Shown piece by piece: positions 49,168-58,103 of a stretch of DNA of 64,000 nt. The DNA comes from an uncultured Lachnospiraceae bacterium (GTDB lineage Bacteria > Bacillota > Clostridia > Lachnospirales > Lachnospiraceae), in assembly GCA_964591265.1 (NCBI GenBank), contig CAZQAB010000015.1, positions 301 to 64,300 of the forward strand, given 5' to 3'. Positions within the stretch are counted from its first letter, which is position 1. Each line of letters begins with the position of its first letter. The notes below the pieces were generated by a model. That model searched no databases. It was not told the origin of the DNA and was given only the letters and a program-made list of their open reading frames with translations. The position numbers were made by a program, and so were the translations under genes.

Positions 49168-50961
49168 ATGGCTGAGACAATGAAGGGCCTGAAAAGGACT
49201 CACCGCTGTACCGAGGTGTCCAAAGGGGAAATCGGTCAGAACGTTACCGTCATGGGCTGGGTGCAGAAGCGAAGAAATCTGGGAGGCATGATCTTTGTGG
49301 ATCTGCGGGACCGCTCCGGTCTGCTGCAGATCGTCTTTGATGAGAAGGATATCGGAACGGCCGGTTTTGCGAAGGCCGGGGCGCTGCGCAGCGAGTATGT
49401 AATCGCGGTGGTAGGCCGCGTGGAACTGCGGGGCGGAGCCGTGAATGAGAACCTGAAAACCGGAGAAATCGAAATCCGCGCTCTGGAACTGCGCGTCCTC
49501 TCTGAGTCGGAGACGCCCCCCTTCCCCATTGAGGAGGACAGCCAGACAAAGGAGGAGCTTCGCCTGAAATACCGTTTTCTGGATCTGCGCAGGCCGGATA
49601 TTCAGCGAAACCTGATGCTCCGCAGCCAGGTGACCAACGAGGTGCGCAGATTTCTGACGGAAGAGGGCTTTCTGGAGATTGAGACGCCCATCCTGATCAA
49701 GAGCACGCCGGAAGGAGCCAGGGACTATCTGGTGCCGAGCCGGGTGCATCCGGGACACTTTTACGCCCTTCCCCAATCCCCTCAGCTGTTCAAGCAGCTT
49801 CTGATGTGCTCCGGCTACGACCGCTATTTTCAGATCGCCAAATGCTTTCGGGACGAGGATCTGCGGGCAGACCGCCAGCCGGAATTTACGCAGATCGATA
49901 TGGAACTGTCTTTTGTGGATGTGGATGATGTGATCGACGTCAATGAGCGGCTGATCGCAAGGCTGTTCAAGACGATTCTGGGCGTTGAAGTGCCGCTGCC
50001 GATCCCCCGGATGACCTGGCAGGAGGCCATGGACCGCTTCGGTTCTGACAAGCCGGACCTGCGGTTTGGGATGGAACTTCACGATGTGTCGGAGGTGGTG
50101 AAGGGCTGCGGCTTCGGGGTGTTTGCAAATGCGCTGGCAGCAGGCGGCAGCGTCCGGGGCATCAATGCCGGCGGACAGGGCGCTATGCCCCGCAAGAAGA
50201 TCGACGCGCTCGTGGAATTTGCCAGAGGCTATGGTGCGAAAGGGCTTGCTTACCTGGCCATCAATCCGGACGGCACATACAGGTCTTCCTTTGCGAAATT
50301 TATGACCGAAGAGGAGCTGGACGCCCTGATAAAGGCTATGGAAGGCCGCCCGGGGGATCTTTTACTGTTTGCGGCGGATCAGAATAAAGTGGTCTGGGAC
50401 GTGCTGGGCGCGCTCCGAATCGAGATTGCAAAGAATCTGGGACTGCTCCAAAAGGATGAATTCCGCTTCCTGTGGGTGACCGAGTTCCCGCTGCTGGAGT
50501 GGAGCGAGGAGGAGAGCCGTTTCGTGGCGATGCACCATCCTTTCACCATGCTGATGGAAGAAGATTATGACAAGCTTGACACAAATCCCGGCGCAGTCCG
50601 GGCCAAGGCCTATGATATCGTGCTCAACGGCACGGAGCTGGGAGGCGGGAGCGTCCGTATCTTCCAGAGGGACGTCCAGAGCCGGATGTTTGATATGCTG
50701 GGCTTCACAAAGGAGCAGGCCGGGGACCGGTTTGGCTTCCTGCTGGATGCGTTCAAATACGGGGTGCCGCCTCACGCGGGACTGGCTTTCGGGCTGGACC
50801 GGCTGATCATGCTTATGGCCGGCTGCGAAAGCATCCGCGATGTTATTGCCTTCCCGAAGATGAAAGACGCCTCCGATCTGATGACAGGCGCTCCCGGCGT
50901 TGTGGATGAAAAGCAGCTTCAGGAGCTGGCGCTGGAGACAACGGCAAAGGAAGAACAATAG
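49168..50961 (+). CDS. aspS: Aspartate--tRNA ligase
   Basis: TPEGARD, LPQSPQ, FRDEDLRADRQPEFTQ, HHPFT, PPHAGLAFG. Confidence 0.98.
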   Translation: MAETMKGLKRTHRCTEVSKGEIGQNVTVMGWVQKRRNLGGMIFVDLRDRSGLLQIVFDEKDIGTAGFAKAGALRSEYVIAVVGRVELRGGAVNENLKTGEIEIRALELRVLSESETPPFPIEEDSQTKEELRLKYRFLDLRRPDIQRNLMLRSQVTNEVRRFLTEEGFLEIETPILIKSTPEGARDYLVPSRVHPGHFYALPQSPQLFKQLLMCSGYDRYFQIAKCFRDEDLRADRQPEFTQIDMELSFVDVDDVIDVNERLIARLFKTILGVEVPLPIPRMTWQEAMDRFGSDKPDLRFGMELHDVSEVVKGCGFGVFANALAAGGSVRGINAGGQGAMPRKKIDALVEFARGYGAKGLAYLAINPDGTYRSSFAKFMTEEELDALIKAMEGRPGDLLLFAADQNKVVWDVLGALRIEIAKNLGLLQKDEFRFLWVTEFPLLEWSEEESRFVAMHHPFTMLMEEDYDKLDTNPGAVRAKAYDIVLNGTELGGGSVRIFQRDVQSRMFDMLGFTKEQAGDRFGFLLDAFKYGVPPHAGLAFGLDRLIMLMAGCESIRDVIAFPKMKDASDLMTGAPGVVDEKQLQELALETTAKEEQ

Positions 50962-50991
50962 ATTTGCAGTGTGTATGCAAAACCCCGGTAT

Positions 50992-52317
50992 TCAATACCG
51001 GGGTTCGATGATCTGAACATTTTCGTCTTCGGTCTCGGAATTGAAAGCCCGGAGCGCCTCCTCCATATTTCCCATGACGGCGTCTGAGAAAGAGGAATCA
51101 TACTTTACGTTCCATATGCTTCCGTCGTTATAGAGCGTCATTTCGACGTCAGTAGATGCGGTCTGCTCATTTTCCCGGATAGACTGAAGCAGCAGGGCGG
51201 AGATCTCGTTGGAGGAAGCGATGGAATCGTCCCGCAGGGACCGCGGTGAGGAAGCATATTCTCTGAGATACTCCCGGTAGGCCTCCAGAATGCTGATCAT
51301 ATCGACGCTGCTGATCCGGACTGCCGCCGTCGCCGTATTCCCTTCTTCCGTACATTTCAGGATCCTGTAACTGAAATTTTCCGCGAGCCGGGAGACATAC
51401 GCTTCGTCGATCTGCCCGGAGTAATCTGTGTTATAGGTGGCGAATACATCATTGATATTCAGATAGTCAGCCCACTGTTCCACGGTAAGATTTTTCAGGG
51501 CGTCCAGGTGGATGGACAATACCTCGGAGGCAGAAAGCAGATAAGGGTCGTTGATGTACGAAATGAACCCGCTCACCAGTTCGTCCTCCAGTTCATCTGT
51601 GGCGAGGATGACCCAGCCCGACTCGTCCTTTTTCAAATGAAAACAGGCGGTGGTCGCCACCGGCTCATAGGTGTTGGAGCGCAGCGTGTCCCGGAGAAGC
51701 CGGTAGTAATCGTCGGTGGCGCCGGCCGGGGAATCCTGGTAGATTGCGACGGATTCCTCCAGAATCTGCCGGCACAGATCCACGGCCAGGGCGTGCATAT
51801 CGATATTGGTTATATTGACGCTGACCGTTGCCTCGTCGCCGTCGATTTCCTCGTTCTGTATATTTGCTTTAAAGTTCTGGAAAAAAAGATCCACTGCCTC
51901 GGCGGTTTCATCATTAATGGCGCCGGAGGCGAGATCGGAATTCATCAGATTTTCGTAGGAAATAAAAGATTGGATGGTGTCGGCGTCCAGTTCTTCGATC
52001 CGGGCCAGCTCCCGCTCCACGGCCTGGGCCGGCCGGCCGGTCCACCTGGCGTACCAGGAGAAGAGGAGGATTGCAGCAAGGCACTGGATTACCAGGATTG
52101 CGGGGATTCCCACGGAAAATGAGAGATGCCTGGTTTTATGGCGGAACACATACATCCCTGCCAGAATACCTAAGCTCCCAAGAAGAAGGGCGATCAAAAA
52201 GAGAGTCCGCTCACGCACACGCCATTTGCCGCGCACCGATTTTTTCTTATCTATCCCCATGAGAAAAAATCCGATCAGATTTACAGCGATAACATATAGA
52301 AGCAGGATCGTCTTCAT
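50992..52317 (-). CDS. DUF1294 membrane domain fused to a duplicated acidic extracytoplasmic domain
   Basis: N-terminal MGIDKKKS..WRVRERTL..FRHKTRH (DUF1294); two similar downstream modules. Confidence 0.75.
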   Translation of the reverse strand: MKTILLLYVIAVNLIGFFLMGIDKKKSVRGKWRVRERTLFLIALLLGSLGILAGMYVFRHKTRHLSFSVGIPAILVIQCLAAILLFSWYARWTGRPAQAVERELARIEELDADTIQSFISYENLMNSDLASGAINDETAEAVDLFFQNFKANIQNEEIDGDEATVSVNITNIDMHALAVDLCRQILEESVAIYQDSPAGATDDYYRLLRDTLRSNTYEPVATTACFHLKKDESGWVILATDELEDELVSGFISYINDPYLLSASEVLSIHLDALKNLTVEQWADYLNINDVFATYNTDYSGQIDEAYVSRLAENFSYRILKCTEEGNTATAAVRISSVDMISILEAYREYLREYASSPRSLRDDSIASSNEISALLLQSIRENEQTASTDVEMTLYNDGSIWNVKYDSSFSDAVMGNMEEALRAFNSETEDENVQIIEPRY

Positions 52318-52649
52318 AAATCAAAAACCTCCAAAACTGCAGTGAGGCCGTCACATTTAAAGCGGTATAGCATCACGTATAATAAATATTCAGTGTTTTT
52401 ATTTTATAGGAAAATCTGTAGAATGTCAAATATTATATTTCTTCGATAAAATGCGACAAAAAACGGAATATGATTCGACATATTTGACAGAATGTGCGGG
52501 TTCATATATCATAATAACGCTGGTACTGGAAGATATCAGACAGATCGCAGCCGGGAAAGCCAATTGGATTTTCCGCTTTGCACGGCGATTGAATAAAAGA
52601 AAACACAATGCATGATCCGGACTTTGGATAAATGGAAAGGATTGAAAAA

Positions 52650-53483
52650 ATGGAAAACGAACGGATGGAGAAATATGAGGCTTTGAGAAACTATATCAGG
52701 GGACTGGGCAGCGTGGCGGTGGCGTTTTCCGGAGGTGTGGATTCCACCCTTCTGCTGAAAGTGGCCCATGACGTGCTGGGGGACAGGGCGGTGGCTGTGA
52801 CCGCCCGGTCCTGCTCCTTCCCGGAGCGGGAGTTTCAGGAGGCCGCGACATTTTGCAGGGAAGAGGGGATACGCCATTTTATAGTGGAGTCCGAGGAACT
52901 TGCGATTGAGGGCTTCCGGCAAAATCCGAAGAACCGCTGTTATCTGTGTAAGAAGGAGCTGTTCGGAAAAATAAGAAAGCTCGCGGATGAGCAGCAGATC
53001 GCATATATCCTGGAAGGCTCCAATCTGGACGATGACGGGGACTACCGTCCGGGGCGCCTGGCGGTGGCAAAGAGCGGAGCAAAGAGTCCGCTGCGTTCTG
53101 TGGGGCTGACGAAACAGGAGATCCGGGAGCTGTCCAGGGACCTGGGCCTTCCCACCTGGAAGAAACCTTCCTTCGCCTGTCTGGCCTCCCGGTTCGTGTA
53201 CGGCGAGGAGATCACCGAGGAGAAGCTTTCCATGGTGGATCATGCAGAACAGCTTCTTTTGGATCTGGGCTTTACCCAGGTGCGGGTGCGGATCCACGGC
53301 GCCATCGCCCGGATCGAGGTGCTGCCGGAGGAACTGCCCAGGCTGGTGGAGGAAAAGACAAGGAGTGAGATTGCCGCCCGCTTTGAGCTGTACGGCTTCT
53401 CCTATGTGACGGCAGACCTGAAAGGGTACCGCACCGGCAGCATGAACGAGATGCTGACGGAGGAGGAGCGGAAGCTGCCATAA
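52650..53483 (+). CDS. larE: LarE-family ATP-dependent sulfur transferase
   Basis: PP-loop SGGVDS, RCYLCK, DYRPG, ACLASR, GYRTGSMN. Confidence 0.93.
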   Translation: MENERMEKYEALRNYIRGLGSVAVAFSGGVDSTLLLKVAHDVLGDRAVAVTARSCSFPEREFQEAATFCREEGIRHFIVESEELAIEGFRQNPKNRCYLCKKELFGKIRKLADEQQIAYILEGSNLDDDGDYRPGRLAVAKSGAKSPLRSVGLTKQEIRELSRDLGLPTWKKPSFACLASRFVYGEEITEEKLSMVDHAEQLLLDLGFTQVRVRIHGAIARIEVLPEELPRLVEEKTRSEIAARFELYGFSYVTADLKGYRTGSMNEMLTEEERKLP

Positions 53484-53618
53484 ACTGCTTTTTGTGACAG
53501 AGCATCCATTTACGTCCGGCTCCTGAACCGCAGCATTATGAGGGGAAACCGCCATATTTTCAACCGGCGCATGGTAGTTTGGATTACAGAGCGCAACCGA
53601 AAAGATTGCTCCGTAAAC

Positions 53619-53647
53619 TTGACAAACTGATATCAAAATGATATCAT
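53619..53647 (+). promoter_or_regulatory. Sigma-A promoter with tandem TGATATCA boxes
   Basis: TTGACA (53619-53624), 17 bp spacer, TATCAT (53642-53647); TGATATCA at 53628-53635 and 53639-53646. Confidence 0.75.
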
Positions 53648-53722
53648 TAAGAAACAAGAAAGCGAAGAGAAAGGTTTTGCACCGGTCCGGGTGCAGACCG
53701 GATCGTGACAGGAGGATTACAT

Positions 53723-54745
53723 ATGAGCGAGAAAGTATTATCGAATCGGGAAAATGGCATGGCGGTCCTGCTTGGTACCATTGCGCTGTATCTTCTGGCC
53801 GTTGCGGCGGTGATAGCGGGCGCGCTTATGGCGAATGAGGGGAAAAGCCCGGCGCTGATGGCAGCGGGCATCATCTGGCTTTGCATCGGCTGGATTCCAT
53901 TTCTGGGCCTGAAGGTATTAAAGCCCCAGGAAGCCCTGGTGCTGACCCTGTTTGGGAAATATGTGGGAACGCTGAAGAAAGAAGGGTTTTATTTTGTGAA
54001 TCCCTTCTGTATGGGCGTCAATCCCGCAGCAAAGACGAAGCTGAACCAGAGCGGCGACGTGGACAGCGGTTCCCGAAGACCGTTTTCCATATCCCTGAGC
54101 AGCAGCGAGGGGGCATTCCTGGAAATGTCAAGCAAGAAGATCTCCCTGAAAATCATGACACTGAACAACAACCGGCAGAAAATCAACGATTGCCTGGGAA
54201 ATCCGGTGGAGATCGGCATCGCGGTGATGTGGCGGGTGACGGACACGGCGAAAGCGGTATTTAATGTGGACAATTACAAGGAATATCTGTCCCTCCGGTG
54301 CGACAGCGCCCTGCGCAACATAGTCCGCATTTACCCCTATGATGTCGCTCCGAATGTGGACACCACCGGGGACGGCTTTACGGATGAGGGAAGCCTGCGG
54401 GGTTCCAGCGAGGTGGTGGCGGCCCGCATCCGGGACGAGATCCAGCAGAAGGTGGCGGAAGCGGGGCTTGAAATCATTGAGGCCCGGATCACCTATCTGG
54501 CCTACGCGCCGGAGATTGCCGCCGTGATGCTCCAGCGCCAGCAGGCTTCCGCCATCATCGACGCCAGGAAGATGATCGTGGACGGGGCAGTCGGCATGGT
54601 GGAGATGGCGTTGGACCGCCTGAGCGCGAATCACACAGTGGAACTGGATGAGGAGCGGAAAGCGGCGATGGTATCCAATCTGCTGGTGGTGCTTTGCGGC
54701 AACCACGACGCCCAGCCTGTCGTGAACACCGGAAGCCTGTACTGA
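53723..54745 (+). CDS. SPFH/Band 7 domain membrane protein
   Basis: Two TM segments, [41 protein letters not shown]. Confidence 0.93.
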   Translation: MSEKVLSNRENGMAVLLGTIALYLLAVAAVIAGALMANEGKSPALMAAGIIWLCIGWIPFLGLKVLKPQEALVLTLFGKYVGTLKKEGFYFVNPFCMGVNPAAKTKLNQSGDVDSGSRRPFSISLSSSEGAFLEMSSKKISLKIMTLNNNRQKINDCLGNPVEIGIAVMWRVTDTAKAVFNVDNYKEYLSLRCDSALRNIVRIYPYDVAPNVDTTGDGFTDEGSLRGSSEVVAARIRDEIQQKVAEAGLEIIEARITYLAYAPEIAAVMLQRQQASAIIDARKMIVDGAVGMVEMALDRLSANHTVELDEERKAAMVSNLLVVLCGNHDAQPVVNTGSLY

Positions 54746-54746
54746 T

Positions 54747-54974
54747 ATGGCTGACATGAAGAAAAAACAGATCCCCCTGCGGCTTTCTGAGAAGCTGTAC
54801 GATGCCGTGGCCGCCTGGGCTGAGGACGATTTCCGCTCTGTCAACGGGCAGATCGAGTATCTGCTGACGGAATGTGTCCGGCAGAGAAAGAAAAACGGAA
54901 AGTATGTCTCGGAGCATCTGGACGAGCCGCCTCAGCTGGATATGAAACAGGCAAATTCTGCCGGACGTTCATAG
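54747..54974 (+). CDS. Arc-like ribbon-helix-helix DNA-binding protein
   Basis: [35 protein letters not shown]. Confidence 0.85.
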   Translation: MADMKKKQIPLRLSEKLYDAVAAWAEDDFRSVNGQIEYLLTECVRQRKKNGKYVSEHLDEPPQLDMKQANSAGRS

Positions 54975-54990
54975 AAAAGGAGAAAAGATT

Positions 54991-55956
54991 ATGCTTACCC
55001 CTGTATTGCTGTTCATTGTCGGACTGCTGTGCCTCATCAAAGGAGGAGACTGGTTTGTGGATGGGGCGACGGGAATCGCCCGTAAGTTTCATCTTCCGGA
55101 GCTGCTGATCGGAGCGACGGTGGTATCCATCGGGACGACGCTGCCGGAGGTCATGGTTTCCACCACGTCGGCGCTGGCCGGCCACGGTGAGATTGCGTAT
55201 GGAAACGCCATTGGTTCTGTAATCTGCAATACGGCGCTGATCGCCGCGCTCACGGTTGCGCTAAGACCCGGCAAGGTGGATAAAAAGTCGCTGCGCACGC
55301 CGGCTCTGTTTTTCTTCATTTCGGCCGTGATCTATGCCGCTGTGGCTTATTTGTCCGGGTATTTCAGCAGGGCCGTCGGCCTTTTGATGCTGGCTTTATT
55401 CATACTATATATGGTAACTACGGTGGTTCAGATGAAAAACAATCCGGATGCCGGCGCAGGGGAAGAAGAGAGGGAAACTAAGAGCTCTCTGGGCAGGAAT
55501 CTGCTCCTGCTGGTGATCGGCGCCGCGCTGATCGCGGTGGGCGCGAATCTCCTGGTGGATAACGGAACGTTGATCGCCCAGGCCATGGGCGTGCCGGAAT
55601 CCGTGATTGCGCTGACGTTTGTCGCGCTGGGGACCTCGCTGCCGGAACTTGTGACGGCGATCACTTCCCTGGCAAAGGGCCATGGGGCGCTTTCGCTGGG
55701 AAACGTGATTGGCGCCAACCTTTTCAATATTGTACTGGTCAGCGGCGTTTCCATCACGCTCGCTCCCTTCAGCATTCCTCAGAACGCTGTGATCTTCGGG
55801 CATAACGCGTCGCTGGTACTGGACATCCCGGTGATGTTTGGGGTGATGCTGCTTCTGACGCTGCCGGGGCTGATAAAAGGAAAACTTTTCAGGGCCCAGG
55901 GCATTTTGCTGCTGGCTGTCTATGCCGCTTTCTGCGTGATCCAGTTTACTTTGTAA
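54991..55956 (+). CDS. Calcium/sodium antiporter (YrbG-like)
   Basis: Two alpha repeats GTTLPE / GTSLPE; GNAIGS / GNVIGA. Confidence 0.94.
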   Translation: MLTPVLLFIVGLLCLIKGGDWFVDGATGIARKFHLPELLIGATVVSIGTTLPEVMVSTTSALAGHGEIAYGNAIGSVICNTALIAALTVALRPGKVDKKSLRTPALFFFISAVIYAAVAYLSGYFSRAVGLLMLALFILYMVTTVVQMKNNPDAGAGEEERETKSSLGRNLLLLVIGAALIAVGANLLVDNGTLIAQAMGVPESVIALTFVALGTSLPELVTAITSLAKGHGALSLGNVIGANLFNIVLVSGVSITLAPFSIPQNAVIFGHNASLVLDIPVMFGVMLLLTLPGLIKGKLFRAQGILLLAVYAAFCVIQFTL

Positions 55957-56369
55957 TCCTCCAGATCCCGTTTAGTTTCTTTTTTTGTACATAAACTGGG
56001 CGAGCATCCAGGTAAGACCTTGTGATCCGGAAAGATTCTGCGATCTTTCATAGAGAAAACTGCTATTTTTTAGGAGTAAAATTTACCACGGTACGGTACC
56101 AAAATCCGCGTGAATGTTCATTTTACCAAATCTTATTGAGGGGTCTGCTACGATACGCGTCTACTGCTGTAATCATCAACTCTTTGATTAAAGTGTGAAA
56201 ACTTTGGAAATACACAAAAACTACATATTTTTTTTGTAGGATTTTAATAGCTTATTCATAGATAGAAGATTGAAAATGCAAAGTAGAAGGTACCCATTAC
56301 CTTAAGCACACGACAAATAAGCCCTCTTTCGGTGGCTGCTTTAAAAATTAAATATTGAAAATGTTAAGG

Positions 56370-56838
56370 TTATGCAGTTGCTGACTTGACCTATAGCCTT
56401 GATTCCTTGCTATAATGATTGCCTGCTCTACCGTGATCTCACGGTCAACGGGAGGCGGATGTCAGCAGGTGGCATAAAGCTTCCGGCGACAAGATCGTGC
56501 TTAAACAGGTCAGCAATCCATTTGGCATCTTTCTTGTCGGTTTTCTTTCCACGGATAGCGTTAACATATTTGGGATGAGCAAGGACAATCGAACATTCTT
56601 TTTCAAGGATGTTGTAAACAGGAATCCAGTATTTACCGGTAGATTCCATACAGACGTCTTTGCAGTTGCGAGCGAGCAGCCATTGTAACAAATTTTTCAG
56701 ACCGCTCGTGTAGGTTGAAAAACGGTGGCTCTCATAGGTGGTCACGCCTTTGCTGTCAGTAGAAGCAATGCAGGCCACTACAAAAGTCTTGTGGACATCA
56801 ATGCCACAGCAGATTTTGTACACGATTTTTAAAGCCAT
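56370..56838 (-). pseudogene. IS110 transposase remnant (DEDD RuvC-like domain plus C-terminal tail; Tnp serine domain lost)
   Basis: CGIDVHK, MESTGKYW, KTDKKDA motifs; after PPADIR a different frame reads PPVDREITVEQAIIIARNQGY, then a further frameshift to VKSATA-stop at 56370. Confidence 0.88.
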
Positions 56839-56869
56839 AGGGACTCCTTTCAGAACCGAGAGGTTCGCT

Positions 56870-57088
56870 AAAGATTATAGGGAGAGACAGCATTGACTGA
56901 ACGCATAAGCCATAAACGAGATTGTTTAATCAAAGATAAGATTACGCGCTTGGAATGCGAACTTGTTCGCTATACACACTTATTTGTGTTTGAAAAGGCG
57001 GACTACACATATAAATATATAGTCATCCGGTAAGCCGGACAGCCCACTCATCCCCCCGTGATTTGTAGTATACCGAATTCCCTACAAA
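56870..57088 (-). ncRNA. Candidate IS110-associated structured ncRNA (bridge-RNA-like)
   Basis: TATAAT on the minus strand (57099-57094) followed by hairpins at 57062-57088, 57026-57039, 57001-57024, 56957-56970 and 56927-56944; G-U pairs favour the minus strand. Confidence 0.55.
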
Positions 57089-57283
57089 AAAGAATTATAA
57101 CGAGAAAATACGCTCAGGGAAACCATTTTCATAACGTTTTGTGCCTGAGCGAAGCGAAATGGATATAAATATGGAAATATAAAGGGAGATATCTGTGCTG
57201 AATTACTACATTATAAGCATAGCTCAGGAAATGTATTAAGAAGTGCAGATACCCAAAGAATTCAGGCGAAAATATATAGATAA

Positions 57284-57401
57284 ATATTTCTGAACTTTTT
57301 AGGAAATTAACTCTCTGAAATGGGAGTTAAAACATACGATTTTCCAGTAAATATGGGCCTTTTTACTATTGAGAGTTAATTTTTCAAGAAATTCAGAATA
57401 T
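57284..57401. repeat. ~118 bp element with ~32 bp imperfect terminal inverted repeats (MITE-like)
   Basis: atatttctgaactttttaggaaattaactctc (57284-57315) versus gagagttaatttttcaagaaattcagaatat (57371-57401); inner 12 bp perfect. Confidence 0.6.
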
Positions 57402-57425
57402 TATACCGGGAAGGAGAATGTATAA

Positions 57426-58103
57426 GTGAAAACAATACTAATTATTGAAGATGATATAGATATTCAGGAAATGATGCGTTTTTTCCTAGAGGATCAGAAT
57501 TATAAAGTTGTTACAGCAGATGATGGCGTGTCTGGAATAGAAATTTTTTTAAATAATCAACCAGATTTGGTATTGTTGGACATTATGCTACCAAAGATGA
57601 ACGGGTATGCTGTTTGTGAGTTAATACGGAAACAATCAGAGGTACCGATTATTATGATTAGTGCATTGGGGAGTGAAGAAGATCAGATAAAGGGATTTGA
57701 ATTGCAAATAGATGACTACATTTCAAAACCTATTTCTCTTCCTATCATGATGAAAAAAATTGAAGCTATTTTACGTAGATACCAGAAAAAAGACCTGGAA
57801 GAACAACTTGAATTACAATATCATGAAATTTCTTTGATGCTTGATGATTACAGAGTAAAAATAGGAGAGGATTTTGTGGATTTGACACAAAAGGAATACG
57901 AAATCCTGAAGGAATTGATGGAAAATCAAGGTCATGTTATTTCAAGAGAAAGTTTTTTGAATCGTTTATGGAAATATGAATTCATGGGAGAAGAACGGGC
58001 AGTGGACAATCATATCAAAAATTTGAGAAGAAAACTTGGTAAAGCAGGAAATTATATTGAAACTGTAAGAGGGGTGGGATACCGAATTGATAAAATATAT
58101 TAA
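57426..58103 (+). CDS. OmpR-family response regulator
   Basis: IIEDD, LLDIMLP, DDYISKP, TVRGVGY; GTG start. Confidence 0.95.
   Translation: MKTILIIEDDIDIQEMMRFFLEDQNYKVVTADDGVSGIEIFLNNQPDLVLLDIMLPKMNGYAVCELIRKQSEVPIIMISALGSEEDQIKGFELQIDDYISKPISLPIMMKKIEAILRRYQKKDLEEQLELQYHEISLMLDDYRVKIGEDFVDLTQKEYEILKELMENQGHVISRESFLNRLWKYEFMGEERAVDNHIKNLRRKLGKAGNYIETVRGVGYRIDKIY

Larger units (their letters stand above)
56291..57167 (-). mobile_element. Internally deleted IS110-family element (~880 bp), both ends apparently retained
   Basis: Transposase N-terminus joined to its C-terminal tail; ~330 bp structured upstream region; short terminal inverted match TACCCATT (56291-56298) / AATGGATA (57158-57165). 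Boundaries are inferred. Confidence 0.7.

Noticed and set aside
52540-52600. Hairpin upstream of larE as a possible NiCo riboswitch
   Set aside because: Lacks the four-way junction and conserved NiCo motifs; only a simple stem
55960-56290. Junction region left of the IS110 remnant
   Set aside because: Marks the shift to AT-rich DNA, but I could not support an ORF, att site or repeat
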